NCBI GenBank assembly: GCA_051294905.1
Contig: CM119371.1
Span: 4,218,001-4,282,000, forward strand
Direction of reading: 5' to 3'
DNA from: Botryllus schlosseri
Taxonomy: Eukaryota
DNA length: 64,000 nucleotides
Positions within the stretch are counted from its first letter, which is position 1. The number at the start of each line of letters is the position of its first letter. The notes below the pieces were generated by a model, which saw only the letters and a program-made list of their open reading frames with translations, made no database searches and was not told the origin of the DNA. Below, in pieces: positions 51,136-62,400 of the stretch. The position numbers were made by a program, and so were the translations under genes.

Positions 51136-53015
51136 GCATAGTCTTTGACTCCGCTATGTGTATTTTCATGTCTTTTCAAGTCACGAAGCTGGGCAAACGC
51201 TTTTCCGCAGATCTGACATGCATAGTTTTTGACTCCAGTATGTGTATTTTCATGTTGTCTTAAGTTACCGAGACAGGTAAACGCTTTTCCGCAGATATGA
51301 CATGCATAGTTTTTGACTCCAGTATGTGTATTTCCATGTTCTTTCAAGGTATGAAGCTGGGTAAACGCTTTTCCACAGACCTGACATGCATAGTCTTTGA
51401 CTCCAGTATGTGTATTTCCATGTATTTTTAAGTCACCAAGCCGGGCAAAAACTTTTCCGCAGATCTGACATGCATAGTTTTTGACTCCAGTATGTGTATT
51501 TCCATGTCTTTTCAAGTTACCAGGCAGGGTAAACGCTTTTCCGCAAATCTGACATGCATAGTTTTTGACTCCAGTATGTGTATTTCCATGTTCGTTCAAG
51601 GTACCAAGCTGGGTAAACGCTTTTCCGCAGATCTGACATGCATAGTTTTTGACTCCAATATGTGTATTTCCATGTCTTTTCAAGTTACCAGGCAGGGTAA
51701 ACGCTTTTCCGCAAATCTGACATGCATAGTTTTTGACTCCAGTATGTGTATTTCCATGTTCGTTCAAGGTACCAAGCTGGGTAAACGCTTTTCCGCAGAT
51801 CTGACATGCATAGTTTTTGACTCCAGTATGTGTATTTCCATGTTCTTTCAAGGTACGAAGCTGGGTAAACGCTTTTCCGCAGACCTGACATGCATAGTCT
51901 TTGACTCCGGTATGTGTATTTTCGTGTCTTTTCAAGTCAGGAAGCCGGGCAAACGCTTTTCCGCAAATCTGACATGCATAGTTTTTGACTCCAGTATGTG
52001 TATTTCCATGTTCGTTCAAGGTACCAAGCTGGGTAAACGCTTTTCCGCAGATCTGACATGCATAGTTTTTGACTCCAGTATGTGTATTTCCATGTTCTTT
52101 CAAGGTACGAAGCTGGGTAAACGCTTTTCCGCAGACCTGACATGCATAGTCTTTGATTCCGGTATGTGTATTTTCGTGTCTTTTCAAGTCAGGAAGCCGG
52201 GCAAACGCTTTTCCGCAGATCTGACATGCATAGTTTTTGACTCCAATATGTGTATTTTCATGTCTTTTCAAGTTACCAGGCAGGGTAAACGCTTTTCCGC
52301 AAATCTGACATGCATAGTTTTTGACTCCCGTATGAGTATTTACATGTTCTTTCAAATTACCAAGCTTGGTAAACGCTTTTCCACAGACCTGACATGCATA
52401 GTTTTTGACTGCAGTATGTGTATTTCCATGTTCGTTCAAGGTACCAAGCTGGGTAAACGCTTTTCCGCAGACCTGACATGCATAGGTTTTGACTCCGGTA
52501 TGTGTATTTTCATGTCTTTTCAAGTCACAAAGCTGGGTAAACGCTTTTCCGCATATCTGACATGCAAAGTTTTTGACTCCAATATGTGTATTTATATGCT
52601 GTTTTAAGCTACGAAGATGGATAAACGCTTTTCCACAGATCTGACACTCATAGTTTTTGACTCCAGTATGTGTATTTTCATGTGTTTTCAAGTGTCCGAT
52701 CCGAGCAAACACTTTTCCGCAGATCTGACATGCACAGCCTCCGGTATGTATATTTCCATGCGTTTTCAGGCCGCCAATCCGCACAAACGATTTTCCACAG
52801 ATCTCACAGTCGTGTTTTTTTACTCCAAGGTGAGCAGTACGTGTATCCGCATGTCTTTTCAAGTGCTTTTTCAATAAACTGATTGCAGCAAAGGTTTTTC
52901 CGCAGATCTCACATTCGGTATTTCTATCTATAAGGTGGAATCGCAAGTGAGCTTTCAATCCGACCTTACGATGGAAGCGCTTTCCACAGGTCCGACAGGA
53001 CACCTTCCTTGTCAT
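51093..53015 (-). CDS. Tandem C2H2 zinc-finger protein, 640 aa, 22 fingers; paralogue of 16692-17966, truncated by a frameshift in finger 23
   Basis: Long ORF of CQ(I/V)CGKAFx5LxxHxNTH-TGVKNYA units; N-terminus and ~240 bp of upstream sequence are shared with the + strand ZF gene. Confidence 0.9.
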   Translation of the reverse strand: MTRKVSCRTCGKRFHRKVGLKAHLRFHLIDRNTECEICGKTFAAISLLKKHLKRHADTRTAHLGVKKHDCEICGKSFVRIGGLKTHGNIHTGGCACQICGKVFARIGHLKTHENTHTGVKNYECQICGKAFIHLRSLKQHINTHIGVKNFACQICGKAFTQLCDLKRHENTHTGVKTYACQVCGKAFTQLGTLNEHGNTHTAVKNYACQVCGKAFTKLGNLKEHVNTHTGVKNYACQICGKAFTLPGNLKRHENTHIGVKNYACQICGKAFARLPDLKRHENTHTGIKDYACQVCGKAFTQLRTLKEHGNTHTGVKNYACQICGKAFTQLGTLNEHGNTHTGVKNYACQICGKAFARLPDLKRHENTHTGVKDYACQVCGKAFTQLRTLKEHGNTHTGVKNYACQICGKAFTQLGTLNEHGNTHTGVKNYACQICGKAFTLPGNLKRHGNTHIGVKNYACQICGKAFTQLGTLNEHGNTHTGVKNYACQICGKAFTLPGNLKRHGNTHTGVKNYACQICGKVFARLGDLKIHGNTHTGVKDYACQVCGKAFTQLHTLKEHGNTHTGVKNYACHICGKAFTCLGNLRQHENTHTGVKNYACQICGKAFAQLRDLKRHENTHSGVKDYACQGAEKRLPCLVT

Positions 53016-55266
53016 TCTTCTGGATTATCTGTATATTAATTTACTTCTTCAAGCATCACACATCAACCGCTCTCTTCTTGAAAACGAGTACTGAACGATA
53101 GCTTGGAATGAGCTATTATATAGAATTATAATTCTTATATTATGACACATTGGAAATACAGAAGGAATTAGCAAAAACGGAGCAGAGTGATAAACAACAA
53201 TATACAAGATCACAATTACATTTCATATTCCGTTTTCGAGATTGGCTGCGGATAGACATGTTACATGTCACTAAAGATTGGTCTGAATTAAGTTATGGTC
53301 AATTATATTTAAATCCTTTAAAAATTTTTGAGGAAGTATCTAAATCCTTTAAAACTTTTGAGGGGGTATTTAAATCTGATTAGAACGTTGTTACGTGGTG
53401 TCAAAATACCACGATAATATCGTCCATTTCTTTTCATTATCTTAGGCAAATCGAATATCATACTCGGTATTCGAGTAATGCGGACAAGGCGATATAAACC
53501 GCATTCCCCCTTGGATCTCGATGGAATTTGATACGAATAATGTAATGACACTACCATTGTTGCGTCTCGTTTAGGTGAAAAGAGTCCGATGTGATATAGG
53601 TACAGGTATCTTGAATCCAGCTACCCCTATGTGGATAGTTGCGATTTCAGTTTTGGAGGTGGTGGATCCTATATGCGTCCGGTGTGGCCGGAAAGAATTC
53701 ATAGGCTATATCAAACCTAGTATAGGACATTGCATTGGGCGATCATGGTTGTGATTACTCACATCGTCTGGGAGCCAATTATTCAGGATCTTGTCCAGTT
53801 TGGCGAACAAGATACCGTAGATTTTATGTCGGGAAAAGTTATGACCAACTAATCAGTGACCAGGAAAGTCGGCAAAGACGTTCCTATTCATGCACGGTAC
53901 CCGAATGCTGATCGGCGATGCGTGCTAGGAAATCGCTATATAATTTTCAAAATTCGCTAATATTATAGCTAGTCGCTGGATTGCTAGTTTTTATCGCTAA
54001 ACCAAATGAAAAATCGCTAGATTTGCCGACAAAATCGCTTAATTCGCAACCACTGGTTACCAACTGCCAGACTTATTTCTTTCACCTAAGGTATAAATCA
54101 CCCGACATCTTCAAAAACATGATGTTACATGCGTCACTATCTGTCAATAACGCTGAAGAAGCACCGATCTTCTAATAACCACCGCACATTCTTAATACCT
54201 CCGGAAGCCAAAATATATATTATTAGTATAAATGTCCGCGCTGCAGCCAACATCACGTGAAAATAAATATCGCGAATCCTCAAATTCTCACAAATTATTC
54301 TAGAGATCTGCCAGAATATTTGCGAACTGAACACATCACATCGCTTTGTTATATTCGATCCTGCTCGGGCGGCAATTCATTACCGCGAAGAGTGAAGTCT
54401 GCCTACAATCAGTCATAATATATGAACAACCTGCCGCCACGCCGTTCTGAAAACTGTTCTGTTCAACTATAAATATAGTATCAATGCAAGTAATAGCGTT
54501 CTTAGTCTGGAATGTTACGCCCTGGGCGCTCGATATAGCCATCGGCTACGCTATGTTATGATCGCTGTAGACATTAAAACGAGGCAAACTTCACCACCCG
54601 GAAAAGCGGTCTACCGTGAGAGAGAGAGAGTCTTTATTGAAAAAGCTTAGCTCATGTTTAGAAGGTAAAATCACTACATTTGATTTGTATGTCCGAGTAT
54701 GACAAATTAAACTGGCTCATGGTTGTTTGAGAACAAGTGTGACGCCGAAAGTCGTTGTGTTCATTGCTATCTTTTTTATTATTACACCTCTTAGCATATC
54801 ATCCTTTCTCGCAAACTGTTTTGTAGATTTACATTATTATTTGGCCGATAAATGTAGTTTTGTTATGCAACCAATCGCAAACATTAATGTTGCCTCTGTT
54901 TAATTACTGATACGGTGTTGGTCAGGGTTACCATACGTCCGGAATTTCACTGAGAAAAATGCGTATGGGTGGAAATTCTAAAATATGCCTAAATGTCCGT
55001 AATTTAGAAGGCTTGAAGTAGGCTCAAAAGTTTTTCGTAAATCAACAAACAATATTATTTTCAAGCTGATTTAGGCTATTCGAGATTTGTCTTCGCGCCG
55101 CGCGCTAGTTAGTGCAACTTATATTTTAATAACTATGGCGACCATGCAGGCACCGCCCTCGTAAAAAATGCAGTCAAAAATAAATATAAATACCATCATT
55201 TGATGAAATAAATCTAATTGTAATCGCAAATATGAGCTAGCGGTATATTCCTAGAGTTGGTTAAGG

Positions 55267-55448
55267 TAGGCTTAGGTTACCATATTTTGGAAATCTAAAA
55301 AGAGGACACTTATTCAGAAATCTGACCTAAATTTTCAAAAGAGGACAAAATCTCAAAAAAGAGGACAAAAGGGCGTCCTCCGAGGACACTTTCCAAAAAG
55401 TCAAAAAAGAGGACAAATCCTCTTAAAAGAGGACGTATGGTAAGCCTA
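55267..55448. mobile_element. Short hAT-type MITE with AGAGGAC repeats
   Basis: Termini TAGGCTTA..CCATA / TATGGTAAGCCTA; near-perfect TSD GGTTAAGG/GGTTAACG; a related left end CAGGGTTACCATACGTCC lies at 54923. Confidence 0.7.
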
Positions 55449-56528
55449 GGTTAACGCCGATTGATGTTTCCAATCACAGACAGTGGTTCCAGATCTTGGG
55501 GTCATTTGCCTTTATCTGTGGGTCACGAAGATATTGGACGTCACCAGCTTTCAAAATAGGCCGTGAGTAAGTCTGGGGAAGCTGAAATTTTTTAGTAATC
55601 ATCTTATCAAGTTTTGAGCTGTATCACATTTTCAAGTTGGAGATGAGGTCGCGACCATAATAACGGTTGAAAATCACAGGATGTGCAACCTGCTGGTGCA
55701 TTTTATAAGAGACTAATATATGGAAGAATCAAGCCAAATGCATATGGTAAGTGAACAGCAAGTTACATCGACTACCCTATGGTGGGCCCAAGTTCCGTGC
55801 TTTTTTGGGCGGGAGGGGCCAGAAAAATTGTTGTTTCGGACCTGATTAAAACACACAAACAGATAGCCGCACCGACCTAGTAGTACTGCATAGGGCTGTC
55901 AAACACAATCCTGACAGGCCAGACACGGCCCGACGGATGATTTCATTTGGCCCATGGATGAATCTATTGCAGACCCAGCAATTAAGTAGCAACCACCAGA
56001 GCTCACAATACAGATGGCCCAATTCATGGCATGTTCCACTCCATTCATGTATAGTGTATACCAGACCTGGGCAAAGTGCGGCCCGCGAATGGTTGCTTGG
56101 AATTCACAACAGAAAACTTGCTTTAGGAATGAATAAAACCATGGAATATGTATCAACTGATCGGGAAATTCGTTAAATTTAAAGCCTGTTCAATGTTCAT
56201 TAATATGCCACGATGACGCTGCCTACGTACCACGCATGCGTAATCCATATTCAAAATAAAGGCAAATTGGCAAAGTATGAGTAGCAATTAAAGTCACAAG
56301 AAATCACTCTTTCCATATAGTTTACTTCACACCTTCTTTGTTGCCATTGCCACATTAGGCGTTATACGGCGTTTGTTTCAAATTACGGGATACGCTTCTA
56401 AGTCCCTCATTCATAAAACAAGTCAGTCAGTGCTCGCGATTACTATTTGACGCATCCTATCTATCACCCATAAAGAATTACAGGCAAGCTAAAAAAGCCG
56501 AAAAATGAAATTAAATGAAGGTTTAGAC

Positions 56529-57350
56529 CGGGGGTCGGCAAAACCCGGCACGAGCCCCATTTGTGGCTCGCGAGAAAATTTTTCATGGCACGCCAAATGA
56601 TTTGATGCACACATATTATAACCATGTTTGTTACAAAATATGTAACCGGGGTCTACGACACTTAAGTACTTGAAATACAATAATCGCTGCATGTTGGCCA
56701 AATCGTTCGACATTGATATGTCCACTGTCCAAGTGCCGAAATGACCGGCGCTGAATAGTACAAATGAAACCCGCAGAGGAAAATCGAGTCCCGCGTCGAA
56801 ATGCGAATTTGGAATCGTGATCGTCTTACTAAAGGATGTACCTCTTAGTTCCGTCTGATACATGTAATCGAATCCAATATAGCTGGAGCAACGACAACCT
56901 TTACCACTTTAACGCGATCTTTGGAGCTTTGCAGACAAATCGAGTGTCATGCCAGCATGATTGTGACATTGTATGCTACGGGGGTGAGTCCATTATAATT
57001 ACCAGGCCATAACATCGAAACATCCTTGATGGGCCTGTCACCGAACACAGTGGACTTAGAAACAACCACAGCAACCACAAGAGATCGATAATTAGCTGAA
57101 TAAAATTAAATGATATAAACTTACGTACATTATGTGATAGGTCTAGTGCAGTAGCGATCAAAATTCATACCCTTCGCGACCAATAATGTAAGTAATACTG
57201 GCGTGACCGATGCCGTCACCAACTGCAGATAAGCGGTTGGTGGGATTCATTGCGTGGAACGCTAAATATGTCTAAAAATGATTGGGACGCCCGTGGGTAC
57301 TATTTTAAGATATTTTGACATTTTGACACGCTGCATCCGAAAGGTTGTGG
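56529..57350. mobile_element. Degenerate hAT MITE
   Basis: Left end CGGGGGTCGGCAAA..GGCACGAG; eroded right end GACACGCTGCATCCGAAAGGTTG; related fragment at ~57762-57860. Confidence 0.5.
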
Positions 57351-58368
57351 TGTACGTACGTAGATGAAATTGCGTAACAAGCTTTCTGGATTTTTATTAA
57401 AATTCGGCTACAATCAACTTTACGGGGAACTACGACATGCATTTCAACGCACATAGGCCTACATAAGCAACTGAGGTACGAACAGAATGAACAAAGCGAA
57501 GTTAACTATTTGCAGTAGTTTGCGCCTAGAAACCATTCACACCAAGCGTCTTGATAGATCGCCACACAACGGAAATAACGTACTTTCCTATTGAATCGTA
57601 CCATACCAATTATTTGGTATAAAATACGCTGTGACGCGGCATTCCAGGCAATATATGTAGCGGTTGCGTGATTCGTGACTGTGCGCAATTACATGCCGCA
57701 TATTCACTACAGCAAATAGTGCTAAGCAATACGTTTGGAATTACAGACCTACGAATCACCCTAGGGGTCGGCAGCCCCCGGCACGCGAGATGATCTTCCA
57801 TGGGATGCCAAATGATTTGACGTACACGACATATCATAACCCTGTTTGTTAAAAAACGTGTAGAAAATGCTTTTAAAGCGGAAATCATACACAAAGTCAA
57901 TACGTCATACAGCTCATGAAATGTTAGTTTCGCGCGGCAGAAGTATGACTGGACACGAGTTTATCCAGCATGGTCCTGGCGTACCATAGTCGATGGCCCA
58001 GGTTACAGCTACAGCCGCATTTGTCGATCAGGCTCAGCTTGTAGATTGTGAAGTTTCGTTGCTGGTCGATATAAGTCATTCAATCCATCAGCAGACTCAA
58101 AATGTCGTGGTTCTGTATGATGGAAAATACATTAAACCACATGAGCAAGTGTTTACAGTAGTCAGTGATGATACTCAAGTAGAAGGAACCTAGAATATTC
58201 TTAATCTTTTACAAGTAGAAGCACGATATGCTCAAAGTAGTCAGGGCAATAGTAAGGCTGGGAATAATGATTCGAGGACTCTAATCTGACGCGAGTAATA
58301 ATTCTAATAAATTAGTCGTCAGAGAGGATTTTTCGACTTCTGACATTATAACATTCTTGCCACTAAGA

Positions 58369-58845
58369 CAGAATTCTCAAACATGCGGCCCGTGACAATA
58401 TTCTCTACCTTTCTTTAAATTTGAGAACCTAAAATTCGCTCTAAAATTACTCCAGGAGTCAGAAACTACCAAACAAACTTCACTATTAGATCCCTTTCAA
58501 AAGTTACGACGAAGTGGAAGATTACCTATTATGATGGTTACACATGACCCGTTGTTGATTCGTACTGGAAATCGTGATTTGGACTTGGGCCGGCCTTTTT
58601 TAGAATTATTCGAACTCGGACTCAATAGGTGATAAAATAAAAATGATTCGAGTTGAGTCGCGTCGAAAGATACAGTCGGAGGAAGACTTTTGCGACGCGG
58701 AACGCCGTGACTTGGTAAAACCACTGACGCAACAAACTATCAAACTGGTATGGAAAATAGTAAAATATCAGAAGGCTGTAGCTTACGTGTCGTACCTTAT
58801 TTAGATATCAAAGCAGGTTTGTATGGAAACCATTGGCATTATGTT
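58369..58845. mobile_element. Old partial copy of the 6606-7943 hAT MITE family
   Basis: CAGAATTCTCAAACATGCGGCCCG start; similar to 39813-40210 and to the reverse complement of ~7360-7943. Confidence 0.7.
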
Positions 58846-59104
58846 GCAGCTGCAGCTGCAATATTCCACTAGAATTACAAGTACACGATTTTTCCAAATC
58901 GCACCAGATTATAAATATAATTATAGATACATTTGTTCCAAATTCAACTAGAATTAGAATTATAGCCAAGTTTTTTCCAAATTCGATTAGAATTAGAATT
59001 GAAAATGCATTTTCGTTTCAACTTTGATTAGAACTAGAATTATAGCCGTATTTTTCATAACTGGAATTATACAAGTGCATTTTTTCGAAATTAGGCTAGA
59101 AGTA

Positions 59105-59460
59105 GATTTATAGCTACGTACAGTATTTTCAAATAAGGTTAAAATAAGACTTATGACAACAGATTCTTTTTTCAAATTAGGTTAGAATTAGAATTATAAC
59201 AACACAATATTTCCAAGTTCGATTTATAGCTACAGTATTTCCAAATCAGCTTAAAATAAGAATTATGACTACACATTTTTTTCCAAAATAGGTTAGAATT
59301 AGAATAATAACTACACAATTTTTCCAAGTTAGATTTATACCAACAGTATTTCCAAATTAGCTTAAAATAAGAATTATGACTACACAGTTTTTTTCCAAAT
59401 TATGTTAGGATTAGAATTATAACTACATAACTTTCTCCAAGTTAGATTTATAGTTACATC
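59105..59460. repeat. ~111-bp tandem repeat (about 3 units) in a TTAGAA-rich tract
   Basis: Units containing CAAATTAGGTTAGAATTAGAATTATAAC..CCAAGTTAGATTTATAG recur at ~59171, 59282 and 59394. Confidence 0.75.
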
Positions 59461-62400
59461 GTTTTTTTTTCAAATTAGATTAGAATGAGAACGGCTGAAT
59501 TTGGAATTTGAATCAATTCCGACCTGGAATGAATTATAAAAAAATCTATCTCAGTTCATATCAAATATGAGTAAATTCTCATAATAGTCTATTCTCCGAG
59601 ACTGTCAAATATCAGTGGACCAAGTTTGGCTGGTCTCACATCATACAGTTCTTCTGCAGCATTTTCATGAAAACCACAAATTCGATTACAGTTAACATGA
59701 GGGCATAGAAACATTTCACAAATTAGAGAAAAGCTATAATTATGACGTTGAAACATTTCATTGTAAGATTATATTACTGGCATTTTGCTACAATTAATCT
59801 AATTACACGATTAGAATTATCTAATGCTGGAGCGTGTAGAGTAGAAGAAATTTGTTACTCTATTTTGTTGATTTAGGTGTCTCCTTGACATAATCTACAT
59901 TTTGAAACTTTTCTTTTCCAATTGAAGTAGTTTCGATAAGTCATAGACGTTCTAACTGTCATTGAGTATCAATTTACGGTATTACTTCTACTTTTGCAGC
60001 GTTGCCGACTACTTTGACCCCCTCCTACTTACACGTGAAGCAGTTTTGACCGTTGTTGAAATTGCTACTTCTGCTTGTAATTGAGTATAAACAGATGGCA
60101 TTATTTCGACTTGATATCACCAACTACTTTTACACATCCTAATTCAACTTGACACTACTGAGTAATGTTCAGGTCTTTCATTTTCTACTTTTATATTTGA
60201 AGTAGCTTTGATACGACTTGGAAATTACTTCAATTGTAACGACGCTGACTCGTTAACCTATTCTGATTTCAATTACCATAACGTAGCTAGCCAAACGCCA
60301 GTAGTGTAGGGGGTAGCAGTAGTCAAGTTTGTAACATCACTCACATTTCAAATGTAATCACGATATATCAACCAGCCATCATCCAATCCCCACAGATGTA
60401 TGTGAGGCAAGGTCACTTTCTTGGTTAGCATACTCGGGTATTGTTGGAGTATGTAGTGAGGTTATACCATGTCTCTGTCATTGTTCGTCGTTACCGTAGA
60501 GAAGTTGTTGAAAAGTACACCGTTGCTGTTGTCACGTGCTTGGAAGCCTGGAATTTATTGCATGTCAAAAATTTGCAGACATTTGAAGGTCTTCTATAGT
60601 AAGGACAGTATTGAAATCGGATTTGAATCAATGAACATTTTGCAGATATTTGAAGGCCTGCTTTACGCAGGACAATCTTGAAATAGTTGCATACATTCTT
60701 TAAGCAGCGAAATACCAAGTCGTATTACGTAACACATAACCATATATTGTAATATGGAAGTATCAGTGACACATTTCCTGGTTTTTGGTTTGTATATACC
60801 ATTAGCGTGTAGCAGTTTGTACGAGATGAGCTGCAGTGGCAGACTAGAAAATTTTCAGCTAATCCAGATTAGATTCGAATTAGGATGATAGCTGATTATT
60901 TTCAAATTAGATCAGAATCAGACTGACTGAATTCATGAGAACTTTACAACAGAATAAAATTCCGATCTACAAAAGAATGCAAATGTCTGTACAGCAAGCT
61001 CGAGCTAGCCTCGTTACACACAATACAGTTCTGTGTAGTGTTTTCAAGAAAACTAGAAATTATGTTAGAAATAGGGGGATTGCAATATTTCCGAAATATT
61101 TCGAATTAAATCACCGACCTTTCGATGAAATGAGTCTAATAGACAACTAGAATGATCATTAAATTTTTTGCAATTGAGTTGATATTTACGGCGCTACTTG
61201 TACTTCTATCTTTGAGTAGTCACGCAGACTACCGTATTCACTTGTGCATTTATGGAATTAGATAGTAAGCTCGTATCAATATTGTATAAATCCAGTCGCA
61301 GTGACGATACCAAGATTTCCTTACCAAATCCTGCTTTATCCGTCAGATCCACCCACTTGCCAATCCAAAGCACCGGTACAGAATCTGGCTCTTCTGCGTC
61401 ATCTATTGAATTAAAAGGAGTTGTAATACAAAGAAATGTAACATGTAGCCAGTGCTAACAATCTTTTTGGTAACGTCGCAGACTAGAAAGTGTCGTAACT
61501 TGGACCTATGATATTTGCCATTCTCAATATGGATATGGAATTCATAATCACTTTATCATACATGAAAATTTAAGGCACGCGAGTATTAGAGTATCGCTTA
61601 GTGACATGGAAAGGCCAATCACATACATTTTATGCAACTACAAACTATACAATTCCATTTCCACCTCACATAACAGATGATTTGTTTTTTTCAACCATAC
61701 CTATATCATTGCACTTTGTGACATAATAACTGCATAGTGCAAAACTAGCCAAGCTCGGTGTACAGCTATTTGCCATTCTCATGCTAGCGAAAAAGATGTC
61801 GGATTTGATATGATTTCAACTTGACTCAATTTCTGAGTAATTTTAAGCTAGAATTCTAGACGTAATCTGAATAAAAGCTGCGAATTTTCCAAATTTCAAT
61901 ATCCCAATATCGGTCAGGCTCAAACCACAACCTTGTAGTTAGGTTATAAAAAGCTAACTGTTGAAAGTTGGCTTCAATCGAGCTCTGTGGTGGTGATAGG
62001 CAAACAGGTGGTCGGTAGTTGTTGAGGTATGTAGCCTCGTGAAATGTGGGTTGACACAACTTGCTTTGTGGTAGGTCATTGAGATGGATCGATAGTTAAC
62101 ATGCTGTGGACAAAATCATGTTGGGTCAGTGTATGGTGCGTGTCACTACCAAAGAGTCACCAATCATTACAGATTTTGACTCGAGTCAAGTTGAGTCACT
62201 TAATTTTTGAATGTGACTTGAGTCAAATCAAGTCACTAACATCGAGTCTCAAGTCATATCGAGTCTTACAGGTCTTCGAGTCAAGTCAATGTCGTCGAAT
62301 TTGGGAAAGTGAGTAAATTAAATTCGAGCCATTAGATTTTTTCGGTTTTACTCTAGTCAAGTCAATCGACTCACTCGTCAGATCGAGCTATTACACATTT

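Noticed and set aside
51492..52607. Long + strand ORFs (371 aa, also 131 aa at 50737) and the - strand ORFs at 16845-17954
   Set aside because: They are antisense shadows of the 84-bp zinc-finger repeats, with no independent evidence of coding.
49749..53015. Calling the ZF gene PRDM9
   Set aside because: No KRAB, SSXRD or PR/SET sequence recognised, and there are in-frame stops just upstream of the ATG. Only the array behaviour is PRDM9-like.
53580..53860. Slightly GC-richer stretch with near-open frames upstream of the - strand ZF gene
   Set aside because: Contains stops and no motif I could recognise, so it cannot be supported as an exon.
58948..59490. Telomere-like TTAGAA tract
   Set aside because: Not a homogeneous TTAGG(G) array; it belongs to a dispersed TTAGAA-rich repeat found throughout the window.
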